Source of the DNA: an uncultured bacterium
GTDB taxonomy: Bacteria > Caldisericota > Caldisericia > B22-G15
Assembly: GCA_965612865.1 (NCBI GenBank)
Contig: CBFDTJ010000033.1
Location: 1 to 15,837, forward strand
DNA length: 15,837 bases
Direction: 5' to 3'
This document shows, in pieces, positions 8,232 to 15,837 of the stretch. The stretch's first letter is position 1. Each line of letters begins with the position of its first letter. Position numbers and translations under genes: made by a program. The notes beneath the pieces are model-generated. The model ran no database searches. It was not told the DNA's origin and worked only from the letters and a program-made list of their open reading frames with translations.

Positions 8232-9300
8232 TAGTCTTGAAGGATTTAAGGAATCCGGAGATCTTGATAAAAAAATAGAATCTCTTGAGAAAGAGATTTC
8301 AAATATCACAGACTGGGGAAGTAATAAGACAAGGGAGGTTTTATCAAAACTCAACACTCTAAAGGAAGAGAAGGAGAAGAAGAGTAAAATTATCTCACTT
8401 TTTCAAGAAGTAGACTTTTTACTTGAGTTGTTAAAAGATGAACATGATGAATCTCTTGTTAACGAATTAAAGGACAAAGTTAAGGAACTCAAGGTAGAAA
8501 TTGAGGAGTATAAAAAGATATTTTTCCTTTCAGGGGAACATGATAAGAGCAATGCCATTGTTTCACTTTCTGCTGGAGCTGGCGGAGTAGATGCTATGGA
8601 TTGGACACAGATACTCCTTGAGATGTATCTTAAGTGGTTTGAAAAAAAGAGATTTGATTTTAATATTGTAGAGGCTTCTTATGGAGAAGAAGCAGGACTT
8701 AAAAGTGCTACAGTTATAGTTAAGGGTGATTATGCCTATGGGCTTTTGAAAGGGGAGAATGGAGTTCATAGATTGGTAAGGATTTCTCCCTTTGATGCTG
8801 CGCATAGAAGACACACATCCTTTGCACTTGTAGAAGTTGTACCGGAGATTCCTGAAGAGGAGATAAAGATTAATGAGGATGATTTACGGATTGATGTATT
8901 CAGAGCCAGTGGTCATGGAGGACAGTATGTTAACAAGACAGATTCAGCAGTAAGAGTTGTTCATATCCCCACAGGAATAGTTGTTACATGTCAGAGCGAA
9001 AGATCCCAGCTCAAAAACAAAGAGACTGCTTTAAAGATACTTTATTCTAAACTGGTTGAATTGAAAAAGATTGAGAAAGAGAAGAAAGTTTATGAACTGA
9101 AGGGAGGATTCAAATCCGCTTCCTGGGGGAATCAGGTAAGGAGTTATGTTTTTCATCCGTACACTCTTGTTAAGGATCATAGGACAGGATTTGAAACTGG
9201 AAATCTTGAGAAAGTATTAAATGGAGAAATTGATGATTTTATATGGGCTTATCTAAGGAAACTAAAGGATGAGAAGGGAAAGAAGGAAAAAGATAATTAA
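8164..9300 (+). CDS. prfB: Peptide chain release factor 2 (continuous ORF, no internal stop)
   Basis: SPF anticodon motif ([15 protein letters not shown]), GGQ motif ([15 protein letters not shown]), [12 protein letters not shown] 8164 has GGAG 7 nt upstream. Overlaps secA by 68 nt. Confidence 0.97.
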   Translation: MSQKRTELSEEQESIKSLKEEFNSLEGFKESGDLDKKIESLEKEISNITDWGSNKTREVLSKLNTLKEEKEKKSKIISLFQEVDFLLELLKDEHDESLVNELKDKVKELKVEIEEYKKIFFLSGEHDKSNAIVSLSAGAGGVDAMDWTQILLEMYLKWFEKKRFDFNIVEASYGEEAGLKSATVIVKGDYAYGLLKGENGVHRLVRISPFDAAHRRHTSFALVEVVPEIPEEEIKINEDDLRIDVFRASGHGGQYVNKTDSAVRVVHIPTGIVVTCQSERSQLKNKETALKILYSKLVELKKIEKEKKVYELKGGFKSASWGNQVRSYVFHPYTLVKDHRTGFETGNLEKVLNGEIDDFIWAYLRKLKDEKGKKEKDN

Positions 9301-10144
9301 AATAATAAAAAGAGGAACAGGAATAATTCTCGGGTCTGTTATTCAGGCTCTTGGTATAATACTTTTTCTTGCACCGAACAAAATTGCACCTGGTGGTTTT
9401 TCAGGTCTTGCCATAGTTATCCATTATGTAATTCCTCTTCCCATAGGAGCAATATACTTTGCTTTAAATGTCCCCCTTTTTATTCTGGCAGCACGGAAAT
9501 ATGGATTTACCTTTATAGGAACAACTCTCTTTGCAACTACTGCATCTTCCATTGCAATAGATGTCTTAAACCCATATTTCTCACCGCTTACAAACAATCC
9601 CCTCCTTGCATCAATATATGGTGGCGTTCTCGTTGGAGTTGGAGTTGGTATAGTTTTTAAAAATTGGGCAAGTACTGGTGGGACAGATCTTCTAGGGCAG
9701 CTCCTGTATGATTATCTTGGTCTTTCCTTTGGAACAACCATGCTTATATTTGATACATTAATTGTTGTGCTTGCAGCTTTTGTATTTAAATCTCCAGATT
9801 ATGCTCTCTATGGTTTTCTTGGTCTGTTTGTTTCAGCAAAAGCTACTGATCTTGTTCAGGAAGGTCTCTCCTATTCAAAATCTGTTTTTATTATCTCCAA
9901 TTCATATGAAAGAATAAAAATTAGGATAATAAGAGAACTTCACAGAGGAGTTACAGAATTTAAAGTTAAAGGTTCATATACAGGAATAGAGAGAACAGCG
10001 CTTCTCTCCGTTGTTCCCCAGAGGCAACTCTCTTCAATAAAAGAGATTATTCACGATGAGGATCCAGATGCCTTTGTTGTGATATTAAATGCTGCACAGG
10101 TTATTGGTGAAGGATTTCTACCTATAGAGGAGGCAAAGAGATGA
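9269..10144 (+). CDS. YitT/UPF0750 family membrane protein with C-terminal DUF2179-type domain
   Basis: IAPGGFSGLA, LNVPLF, ASTGGTDL, multiple TM helices; C-terminal RGVT...GSYTG...DPDAFV...VIGEGF. Confidence 0.92.
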   Translation: MRRERRKKIIKIIKRGTGIILGSVIQALGIILFLAPNKIAPGGFSGLAIVIHYVIPLPIGAIYFALNVPLFILAARKYGFTFIGTTLFATTASSIAIDVLNPYFSPLTNNPLLASIYGGVLVGVGVGIVFKNWASTGGTDLLGQLLYDYLGLSFGTTMLIFDTLIVVLAAFVFKSPDYALYGFLGLFVSAKATDLVQEGLSYSKSVFIISNSYERIKIRIIRELHRGVTEFKVKGSYTGIERTALLSVVPQRQLSSIKEIIHDEDPDAFVVILNAAQVIGEGFLPIEEAKR

Positions 10145-10884
10145 GAATAGAGGTTGATCCTCATATTCACACGATTGCTACAGGCCATGCTTTTTCTACA
10201 ATTATTGAAAATGCTAAGGTTGCTAAGGAAAGAGGACTTTTGGGTATATGTATTACAGATCACGGACCAGCACGACCCGATAGTCCAAAGATTGATTACT
10301 TTAAAATGCTTTACAATTCCTATCTTCCCGAAAAAATAGAGGATATAAAGATCTATACAGGCGTGGAGCTAAATATTTTGTCAAAACACGGAGATATTGA
10401 TTTACCAGAGTACATCCTTGAAAAACTTGATTTTGTTATTGCTTCATTCCATAACGGTACTCCATACTCTTCAAATTCAATAGTAAAAAACACAGAAGCA
10501 ATCATAAATACCATTAAGAAACCATATATAGATGGAATTGCTCATCCAGGAGATCCCCATTTTCCATATCCTGTAGAACTTGAAGAGGTGGTAAAGGCAG
10601 CAGCTCAGTTTAAGAAAGCCTTAGAAGTAAATAACAATGCGTTGAAAAGAGGGGAGAGGTGGTTTAAGCACTACACAAAATTGACTGAGCTATGTATAAA
10701 GTACAAAGCTCCCATTCTCATCTCTTCTGATGCACATTTTTCCTATTATGTGGGAGATTTCTCTCTATCTTTAGAGGTTATCTCGCAGTTTGGGGATGAA
10801 GCATATGACTTAATAATAAATAGAACGTTAAGGGGGTTTGAAAAATTTATAGGAAGAGAAGGAGTCTCAACAGATACATTATAA
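10141..10884 (+). CDS. PHP-domain metal-dependent phosphatase (YcdX-like)
   Basis: Metal-ligand motifs DPHIHT, ITDH, GVELN, ASFH, IAHPG, LEVNN, SSDAH. ATGA overlap with yitT. Confidence 0.92.
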   Translation: MRIEVDPHIHTIATGHAFSTIIENAKVAKERGLLGICITDHGPARPDSPKIDYFKMLYNSYLPEKIEDIKIYTGVELNILSKHGDIDLPEYILEKLDFVIASFHNGTPYSSNSIVKNTEAIINTIKKPYIDGIAHPGDPHFPYPVELEEVVKAAAQFKKALEVNNNALKRGERWFKHYTKLTELCIKYKAPILISSDAHFSYYVGDFSLSLEVISQFGDEAYDLIINRTLRGFEKFIGREGVSTDTL

Positions 10885-10949
10885 TTATAATTATTATTTT
10901 TATTGCATCGCTGTCTTTTTATGACTATTCTTATTTTTTCTACCTTTAC

Positions 10950-12266
10950 ATGCAAACAGAGGATCTCCCCTTTCCTGCATACCATTTATGGAAGACCAAC
11001 TCTTCTTTTGTCATAATTGATAGATTGTATTTTGAAAAAGATTATGTTTTTGACTTAAAGATTGGAGTAATAAATCCAAGAAATGGATCAATAGAAATTG
11101 AGAAATGGGCTCTTGGAGATAGATTTAGGAATAATGCTAATTTAAGATGGAGAAAACCGGAGAGAAGAGGGAAATTCTACTATCTGTATGGAATTTTGCC
11201 AAGAAGAGAATTGTATTTGAAACTTAAGATAAAAACAAATGATATTCCAGGAATAGGTAGTGGATATCTATATTTTGTCCATCTCTACAAGAAGTATTAT
11301 TTTAAAATTACCCTTGCAACGGTGAGAAAATTTCATTTTAATAGTATAGAAGAAGAATTAATACCGTATATTGCAGGTTATAATTTTGAGTATGGTAGCG
11401 TTACAGAAGAAATTTCAGAAAATGGTGGAATTCATCCTCTCGATCCGTTGGTAAGAAATTTTAGTCTTGAGTATGTAGAAAAGTCACCTGAGGAAACTGT
11501 TAGATCTCTTATGCAGTTTGTCATGAATGTTTTTAAAAAAGGCATTAATGTAACATACATTGGAGATTATCCAGACTATTATTACCTTGAAAGATTTAAA
11601 AAGTATGGTCCTATATGGGGGGTATGTTCTGAGAGGTCACTTGTTCTTGTTAGTTTGCTTAGATCTCTCGGAATTCCTGCAAGAATTGTCTATGCAATAG
11701 GATTTCCAGTATCCCATGCTTTTGTGGAAGTTTATGTTAATGATATGTGGGTAAATGTTGATCCATCATATGGTGTGTTTGATGATCCAGATTTTTATTT
11801 CGAAGATATTGTAAGGGAACTTTCCACATTGCAAGTTTTCTATGGGGGAGTTAAAGGAGACTTCATTAATAACACAAATGAGCAGTTTGTGAAATACCCC
11901 TATCAGGAGAATTTAAATTACAGGTATTTAAAAGATTCTATAACAATAATGGGAATATCAGGGATATTGCTTGGAGAAGACTACCATCTGACGATCAGGG
12001 TAAGATGGGCAACAAAAGCAAGTCAACCAAGAATTAAATTTGTCTTTCAAGATGCTGTTACAGGAGAGGATGTTCTCATTGTAAACACTAAAGCTTTACT
12101 TTTTAAGTTTTCAGAGGCTAATTTATATGTGAAACTAAAAACGAGAAAGTTTGCCACACATAAAGGGGAGAAATATGTGAGGTTAAAAATTTATCTGGTT
12201 AAAGAAGGTGTTCTGGATTATGCGGAGTTTCCTGAGCCAATAAAGCTAAAATGTTTTTCATTTTAG
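10950..12266 (+). CDS. Transglutaminase-like (Cys-His-Asp) protein; the true start may be ~35 codons upstream (10845)
   Basis: GVCSERSLVLVSLLRSLGIPARIV...SHAFVEVYVNDMWVNVDPS gives the catalytic C/H/D triad. No SD before ATG 10950. The in-frame upstream sequence encodes a basic plus hydrophobic anchor. Confidence 0.85.
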   Translation: MQTEDLPFPAYHLWKTNSSFVIIDRLYFEKDYVFDLKIGVINPRNGSIEIEKWALGDRFRNNANLRWRKPERRGKFYYLYGILPRRELYLKLKIKTNDIPGIGSGYLYFVHLYKKYYFKITLATVRKFHFNSIEEELIPYIAGYNFEYGSVTEEISENGGIHPLDPLVRNFSLEYVEKSPEETVRSLMQFVMNVFKKGINVTYIGDYPDYYYLERFKKYGPIWGVCSERSLVLVSLLRSLGIPARIVYAIGFPVSHAFVEVYVNDMWVNVDPSYGVFDDPDFYFEDIVRELSTLQVFYGGVKGDFINNTNEQFVKYPYQENLNYRYLKDSITIMGISGILLGEDYHLTIRVRWATKASQPRIKFVFQDAVTGEDVLIVNTKALLFKFSEANLYVKLKTRKFATHKGEKYVRLKIYLVKEGVLDYAEFPEPIKLKCFSF

Positions 12267-12304
12267 TTATTAATACTGTGCTTTATAAAAGGTTTTTCTT
12301 GTTC

Positions 12305-12332
12305 TTGACAAGAGTACAAAAAGTAGTAAAAT
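12305..12332 (+). promoter_or_regulatory. Sigma70-type promoter of the Liv-type ABC operon
   Basis: TTGACA (12305-12310), 16-nt spacer, TAAAAT (12327-12332). Confidence 0.7.
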
Positions 12333-12356
12333 AACAGAAAAATAGAAAGGAGGTGA

Positions 12357-12386
12357 GGAGTACTTTACTTTTTAAAGTAAAGTTCC
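12357..12386 (+). promoter_or_regulatory. 5'-UTR inverted repeat (operator or RNA hairpin)
   Basis: ACTTTACTTT (12362-12371) and AAAGTAAAGT (12374-12383) are perfect reverse complements. The pairing can extend with GGA/TCC across a 2-nt bulge. Confidence 0.6.
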
Positions 12387-12400
12387 GAGGAGGTGAAGGA

Positions 12401-13672
12401 ATGAAAAAGATTTTAACTTTAATTCTTGTCTTAGCGTTGATTGTTGGTTTTGTAGGTTTAACAACAAGTTGTAAACCTAAAGAAGGGGGAGAAGAGCAAA
12501 AGCCGTCCATTGAAACAAGGAAAATTGTAGCACTTCTTCCTTTAACAGGCGTACTCGGCACTTTTGGTGAAAACAGTAAAGAGACAGCTCTTCTTGCTGC
12601 AAAGGATGTAAATTATTGGCTTGAGAGAAATGGAAAAAACTGGAGATTAGAGGTTAGTGTAGAGGACACAGCAACTGATCCAACCACTTCATTGAAGAAG
12701 ATGAAAGATTGGTATGGTGCTGGTGTTAAGTTCTTTGTTGGACCTATGGCAAGTGGTTCATGCAAGGAGCTTTTAACATATGCAAATTCAAACAAGATTC
12801 TCTTTGTTTCTCCATCTTCTACTTCCACAGCTTTATCTATTCCCGATGACTATCTCTTCAGATTCTGCCCAGATGATTTCATTCAGGGACCAGCAATTGC
12901 AAGACTTATGTGGGAAGCAGGGATTACCCATGTTATATTTGTATGGAGAGGAGATACCTGGGGAGATGGACTTCAGAATGCAATAGAAACAAGATTTAAA
13001 GAACTTGGTGGTAAAGTATATCCACAGAAGTTAAGATACGACCCACAACTTGAAGATTTTCCAAAAGAGGCATCACTTCTTAATAACTATGTTCAAGATC
13101 TCATAAATCAGGGAGTTCCTAAGGACAGAATAGGTATCTCTTTGGTTGCATTTGAAGAAAGTGCACCTTTAATGGAGGATGCAGCTCAGTATCCACTTCT
13201 TAAAGAGGTTAAATGGTTTGGAAGTGATGGAACAGCTCTCTCAGAGGCATTAAAATCACATAAAGTTTCTGCTCCATTTGCTACCACAACAAACTTCATA
13301 AGCACATTCTACGCACCAGGTCGTTCTAAATATCCTCTCTTTGATTATGTCAGAGGGTTTGTCCATATGTTCTTAAACAGAGAAACTGATTCTTACTCCT
13401 ATGGAACTTATGATATAGTATGGTCCCTTGCTTTAGCAATTGATCAGGTGGGTTATGATCCAGAGAAGGTAAAGGATGTTCTTCCTGAAGTAACAGATAA
13501 GAGAACAGAACTCTATGGTGCAAGTGGACATATAGTGCTCAATGAGAATGGCGATAGAGCTTTTGCAGATTATGATTTGTGGCTCATCAACGATAAAGGA
13601 GAATGGGAAAAGGTTGGTGTATGGCGTGGTGAAACTGACACCATTGAATGGATGAGAAATCCATATAAATAA
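12401..13672 (+). CDS. HAAT/Liv-family ABC transporter substrate-binding lipoprotein (423 aa)
   Basis: ATG 12401 after GGAGGTGA. Lipoprotein signal MKKILTLILVLALIVGFVGLTTSC. Type I PBP motifs ALLPLTG, EDT, VGPMAS, VSPSST, YLFRF.PDD..QG, GASGHIVLNENGDR. Confidence 0.92.
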   Translation: MKKILTLILVLALIVGFVGLTTSCKPKEGGEEQKPSIETRKIVALLPLTGVLGTFGENSKETALLAAKDVNYWLERNGKNWRLEVSVEDTATDPTTSLKKMKDWYGAGVKFFVGPMASGSCKELLTYANSNKILFVSPSSTSTALSIPDDYLFRFCPDDFIQGPAIARLMWEAGITHVIFVWRGDTWGDGLQNAIETRFKELGGKVYPQKLRYDPQLEDFPKEASLLNNYVQDLINQGVPKDRIGISLVAFEESAPLMEDAAQYPLLKEVKWFGSDGTALSEALKSHKVSAPFATTTNFISTFYAPGRSKYPLFDYVRGFVHMFLNRETDSYSYGTYDIVWSLALAIDQVGYDPEKVKDVLPEVTDKRTELYGASGHIVLNENGDRAFADYDLWLINDKGEWEKVGVWRGETDTIEWMRNPYK

Positions 13673-13695
13673 GGTAATAGGTTAGGTTGACGCAG

Positions 13696-13723
13696 AAGAG
13701 GGGTAATTCTCTGCCCCTCTTTT
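13696..13723 (+). terminator. Intergenic stem-loop after the substrate-binding gene (leaky terminator or mRNA stabiliser)
   Basis: AAGAGGGGTA-ATTCTC-TGCCCCTCTT-TT: 10-bp stem with one G-U pair and a short U tail. Confidence 0.7.
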
Positions 13724-13747
13724 ATAAATATAAATAAGGAGGAAAGT

Positions 13748-14497
13748 ATGGATTTACTTGTAGCAACCAACCTTACCAAACGTTTTGGAGGATTAATCGC
13801 CGTTAATTCAGTTGATCTTGTGGTGAAAGAAAACAGTTTTACTCTCCTTATAGGACCAAATGGAAGCGGAAAGACTACTTTTCTGAATGTATGTACTGGT
13901 GTATTAAAACCAGATGGTGGGAGCGTTTATTTTGAGGGAAAGGATATTACGGGACTTCCTCCCAATAAGATATACGATTTCGGTTTGATAAGGACATTCC
14001 AGATACCAATTCCCTTTTTAAGCTTGACGATCCTTGATAATGTTATTGCAGCTATGAGGAATCCTGGTGAATATCCTTTTACTGCTTTACTCAAGAGAAA
14101 AGAATGGGTAAAGGTAGAAGAAGAAAATATGGAAAAGGCTTTTAGTGTATTGAAAAGAGTTGGTCTTGACAAGATGTGGGAAAAACCAGCTTACTCATTG
14201 GGCGGTGCACAACTTAAAATGCTGGAAGTAGCAAGAGCGTTAGCGGCAGGAGCAAAACTAATTGCCCTTGATGAACCGATAGGTGGTGTTGATCCAATAT
14301 ATGCAGATGAGATACTTTCATATCTTAAAGAACTTCAGAAGTCTGGAATTACATTTCTTGTAATAGAGCATAGAATCGATATTATTGCCCCTTATGCTGA
14401 TTATGCTTATGCCATGAACAGAGGAAACATAATCTCTAAAGGTACTCCAGACGAGGTTTTGAACGATCCTCAAGTTGTAGAGGTTTACATTGGTTAA
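13748..14497 (+). CDS. livG: Branched-chain amino acid ABC transporter ATP-binding protein (LivG-like)
   Basis: KRFGGLIAV, Walker A GPNGSGKT, RTFQ, Walker B IALDEP, IEH, GTPDEV...VVEVYIG. Confidence 0.9.
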   Translation: MDLLVATNLTKRFGGLIAVNSVDLVVKENSFTLLIGPNGSGKTTFLNVCTGVLKPDGGSVYFEGKDITGLPPNKIYDFGLIRTFQIPIPFLSLTILDNVIAAMRNPGEYPFTALLKRKEWVKVEEENMEKAFSVLKRVGLDKMWEKPAYSLGGAQLKMLEVARALAAGAKLIALDEPIGGVDPIYADEILSYLKELQKSGITFLVIEHRIDIIAPYADYAYAMNRGNIISKGTPDEVLNDPQVVEVYIG

Positions 14498-14506
14498 GGA
14501 GGAGAT

Positions 14507-15217
14507 ATGCTAAGTATTAAGAATCTTTATTCTGGATATGGAAAGTTAAGAGTTTTGTATGATGTGAATGTGGAGGTACCAAAAAAGGAGATCACGGTAA
14601 TTGTGGGACCTAACGGAGCAGGCAAAACTACACTTTTAAATAGCATTCTTGGCTTTGCAGATGTTTTTTCAGGGAAAATTTATCTTGATGATAAAGATAT
14701 GACCGGTACCCCTGCTCATAGAATAGCTCAATTGGGTATATCCTTTGTCCCGCAGCTTGGAAGCGTTTTTGCTAATCTAACATTAAAGGAAAATTTGATT
14801 ATGGCAGCATATACTCTTCCAAAAAAGGAAGTAGATAAACGAATGGAACAGGTACTTGAGATGTTTCCTATAATTAAAGAGTTTTTCCACAGAAAAGCGG
14901 GAACACTTAGCGGTGGAGAGAGAAGGATGCTTTCCATTGGGATGGGACTTATGAGAAATCCAAAGATAATGTTACTTGATGAACCAAGTACGGATCTCGC
15001 ACCTCTTATAACTAAAGAAGTGATGAGAACAATAAAGAGATTAAGAGATGAGATAGGTCTTACTGTTCTACTTGTGGAGCAGATGGCAAAATTGGCATTG
15101 GATATTGGAGATAACGCATACCTCCTTGTAAGTGGACAGATAAAGTTTAAGGGTAAAGCAAAAGAACTGCTTCAACATCCAGAGTTGTCTAAGCTATACC
15201 TTGGAATAAAGGAATAA
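14507..15217 (+). CDS. livF: Branched-chain amino acid ABC transporter ATP-binding protein (LivF-like)
   Basis: SGYG, GPNGAGKT, AGTLSGGERRML, LLDEPS.DLAP, LLVEQ, LYLG. Confidence 0.92.
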   Translation: MLSIKNLYSGYGKLRVLYDVNVEVPKKEITVIVGPNGAGKTTLLNSILGFADVFSGKIYLDDKDMTGTPAHRIAQLGISFVPQLGSVFANLTLKENLIMAAYTLPKKEVDKRMEQVLEMFPIIKEFFHRKAGTLSGGERRMLSIGMGLMRNPKIMLLDEPSTDLAPLITKEVMRTIKRLRDEIGLTVLLVEQMAKLALDIGDNAYLLVSGQIKFKGKAKELLQHPELSKLYLGIKE

Positions 15218-15231
15218 AAGGAGGAGATGAA

Positions 15232-15766
15232 ATGCCAGGATGGTTAGCAAGTGGATTGGTTTACGCAAGTGGTCTTGCATTGACATCTGGGGGAATTACT
15301 TTCCTTTATATAACCACAAGAACATTTAACTTTGCACACGCAAGTATGGCAACTTTTGGTTTTTATGTAGTCTATACCTTCGTTGCACTTAAAGGTGGAA
15401 ATCCCTATATCTATTTCCCCCTTGCATTTCTCTTTGGTTCCCTTCTTGGGATAATTGTATATTTTATCTTAAACAGACCACTTCTTAAAAGAAAAGCAAA
15501 TGAGATAACACTTATGATGTCAACTCTTGGATATGATCTTATTCTCTTATCCCTTATTCAAATGTACTGCGACTATCTTACGCATACATATAAACTCTAC
15601 CCAAGAAGGGTTACTATGAGTGTTTATGATATTCAGATTGGAGGTATGAATGCATCCACATATTTTGCTCCAATCACAGCAGTTTTAATAATTACTGCTT
15701 TAAGCCTGTTTTTGACAAGAACAAAATTTGGAATTGCTATGCGTGCTACCATAGAAAACACACCTC
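15232..15766 (+). CDS. livH: Branched-chain amino acid ABC transporter permease (LivH-like), 3'-truncated
   Basis: Not in the ORF track. Hand translation from ATG 15232 (AGGAGG upstream): MPGWLASGLVYASGLALTSGGITFLYITTRTFNFAHASM...FLTRTKFGIAMRATIEN. NFAH and T.FG.AMRA are LivH motifs. Confidence 0.9.
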
Positions 15767-15837
15767 CTGTCTCTTATACACATCTCCGAGCCCACGAGAC
15801 TAGGCATGATCTCGTATGCCGTCTTCTGCTTGAAAAA
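15767..15837 (+). other. Sequencing artefact: Illumina Nextera adapter read-through (Tn5 mosaic end + i7 index + P7)
   Basis: CTGTCTCTTATACACATCT + CCGAGCCCACGAGAC + index TAGGCATG + ATCTCGTATGCCGTCTTCTGCTTG + AAAAA. Confidence 0.99.

Noticed and set aside
10876..10904. ATT/ATA microsatellite-like run as a repeat or contingency locus
   Set aside because: Imperfect, and better explained as poly-Ile codons of a TM helix.
12353..12400. GTG start at 12353 for the substrate-binding protein
   Set aside because: The GTG lies inside the SD-like sequence; ATG 12401 has its own SD and a canonical lipoprotein signal.
4794..14937. Short minus-strand and nested ORFs across the plus-strand operons
   Set aside because: Antisense or out-of-frame to conserved genes (hpf, secA, prfB, liv); low-complexity Ser/Phe/Leu-rich translations.
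15767..15785. Tn5/IS50 end suggesting a transposon insertion in livH
   Set aside because: It is the synthetic mosaic end followed by index and P7, so a library adapter rather than a mobile element.
1..15837. CRISPR arrays, tRNA/rRNA, riboswitch or T-box leaders, integrases
   Set aside because: No spaced direct repeats or RNA-gene signatures seen by eye; intergenic regions are too short (at most ~150 nt) for a T-box.

Overview
AT-rich bacterial chromosomal segment. The gene content (Cu-amine-oxidase-N-terminal surface protein, csp-hpf-secA-prfB order) tentatively suggests a thermophilic anaerobe such as a Caldisericota member; this is inference only. Left, minus strand: a two-gene secreted-protein operon carrying non-cellulosomal cohesin/dockerin modules (gene 1: cohesin + Ig + Cu_amine_oxidN1-type domain; gene 2: PQQ-like beta-propeller + 3 Ig repeats + cohesin + dockerin), then an intrinsic terminator and the 5' end of a truncated ORF. 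Middle, plus strand: a tightly overlapped operon csp-hpf-membrane protein-secA-prfB-yitT-PHP hydrolase-transglutaminase-like gene. It has an apparently leaderless csp, a frameshift-free prfB overlapping secA, and a hidden in-frame membrane anchor upstream of the transglutaminase ATG. Right: a branched-chain amino acid (HAAT/Liv) ABC transporter operon whose permease is cut off by an untrimmed Illumina Nextera adapter at 15767-15837.
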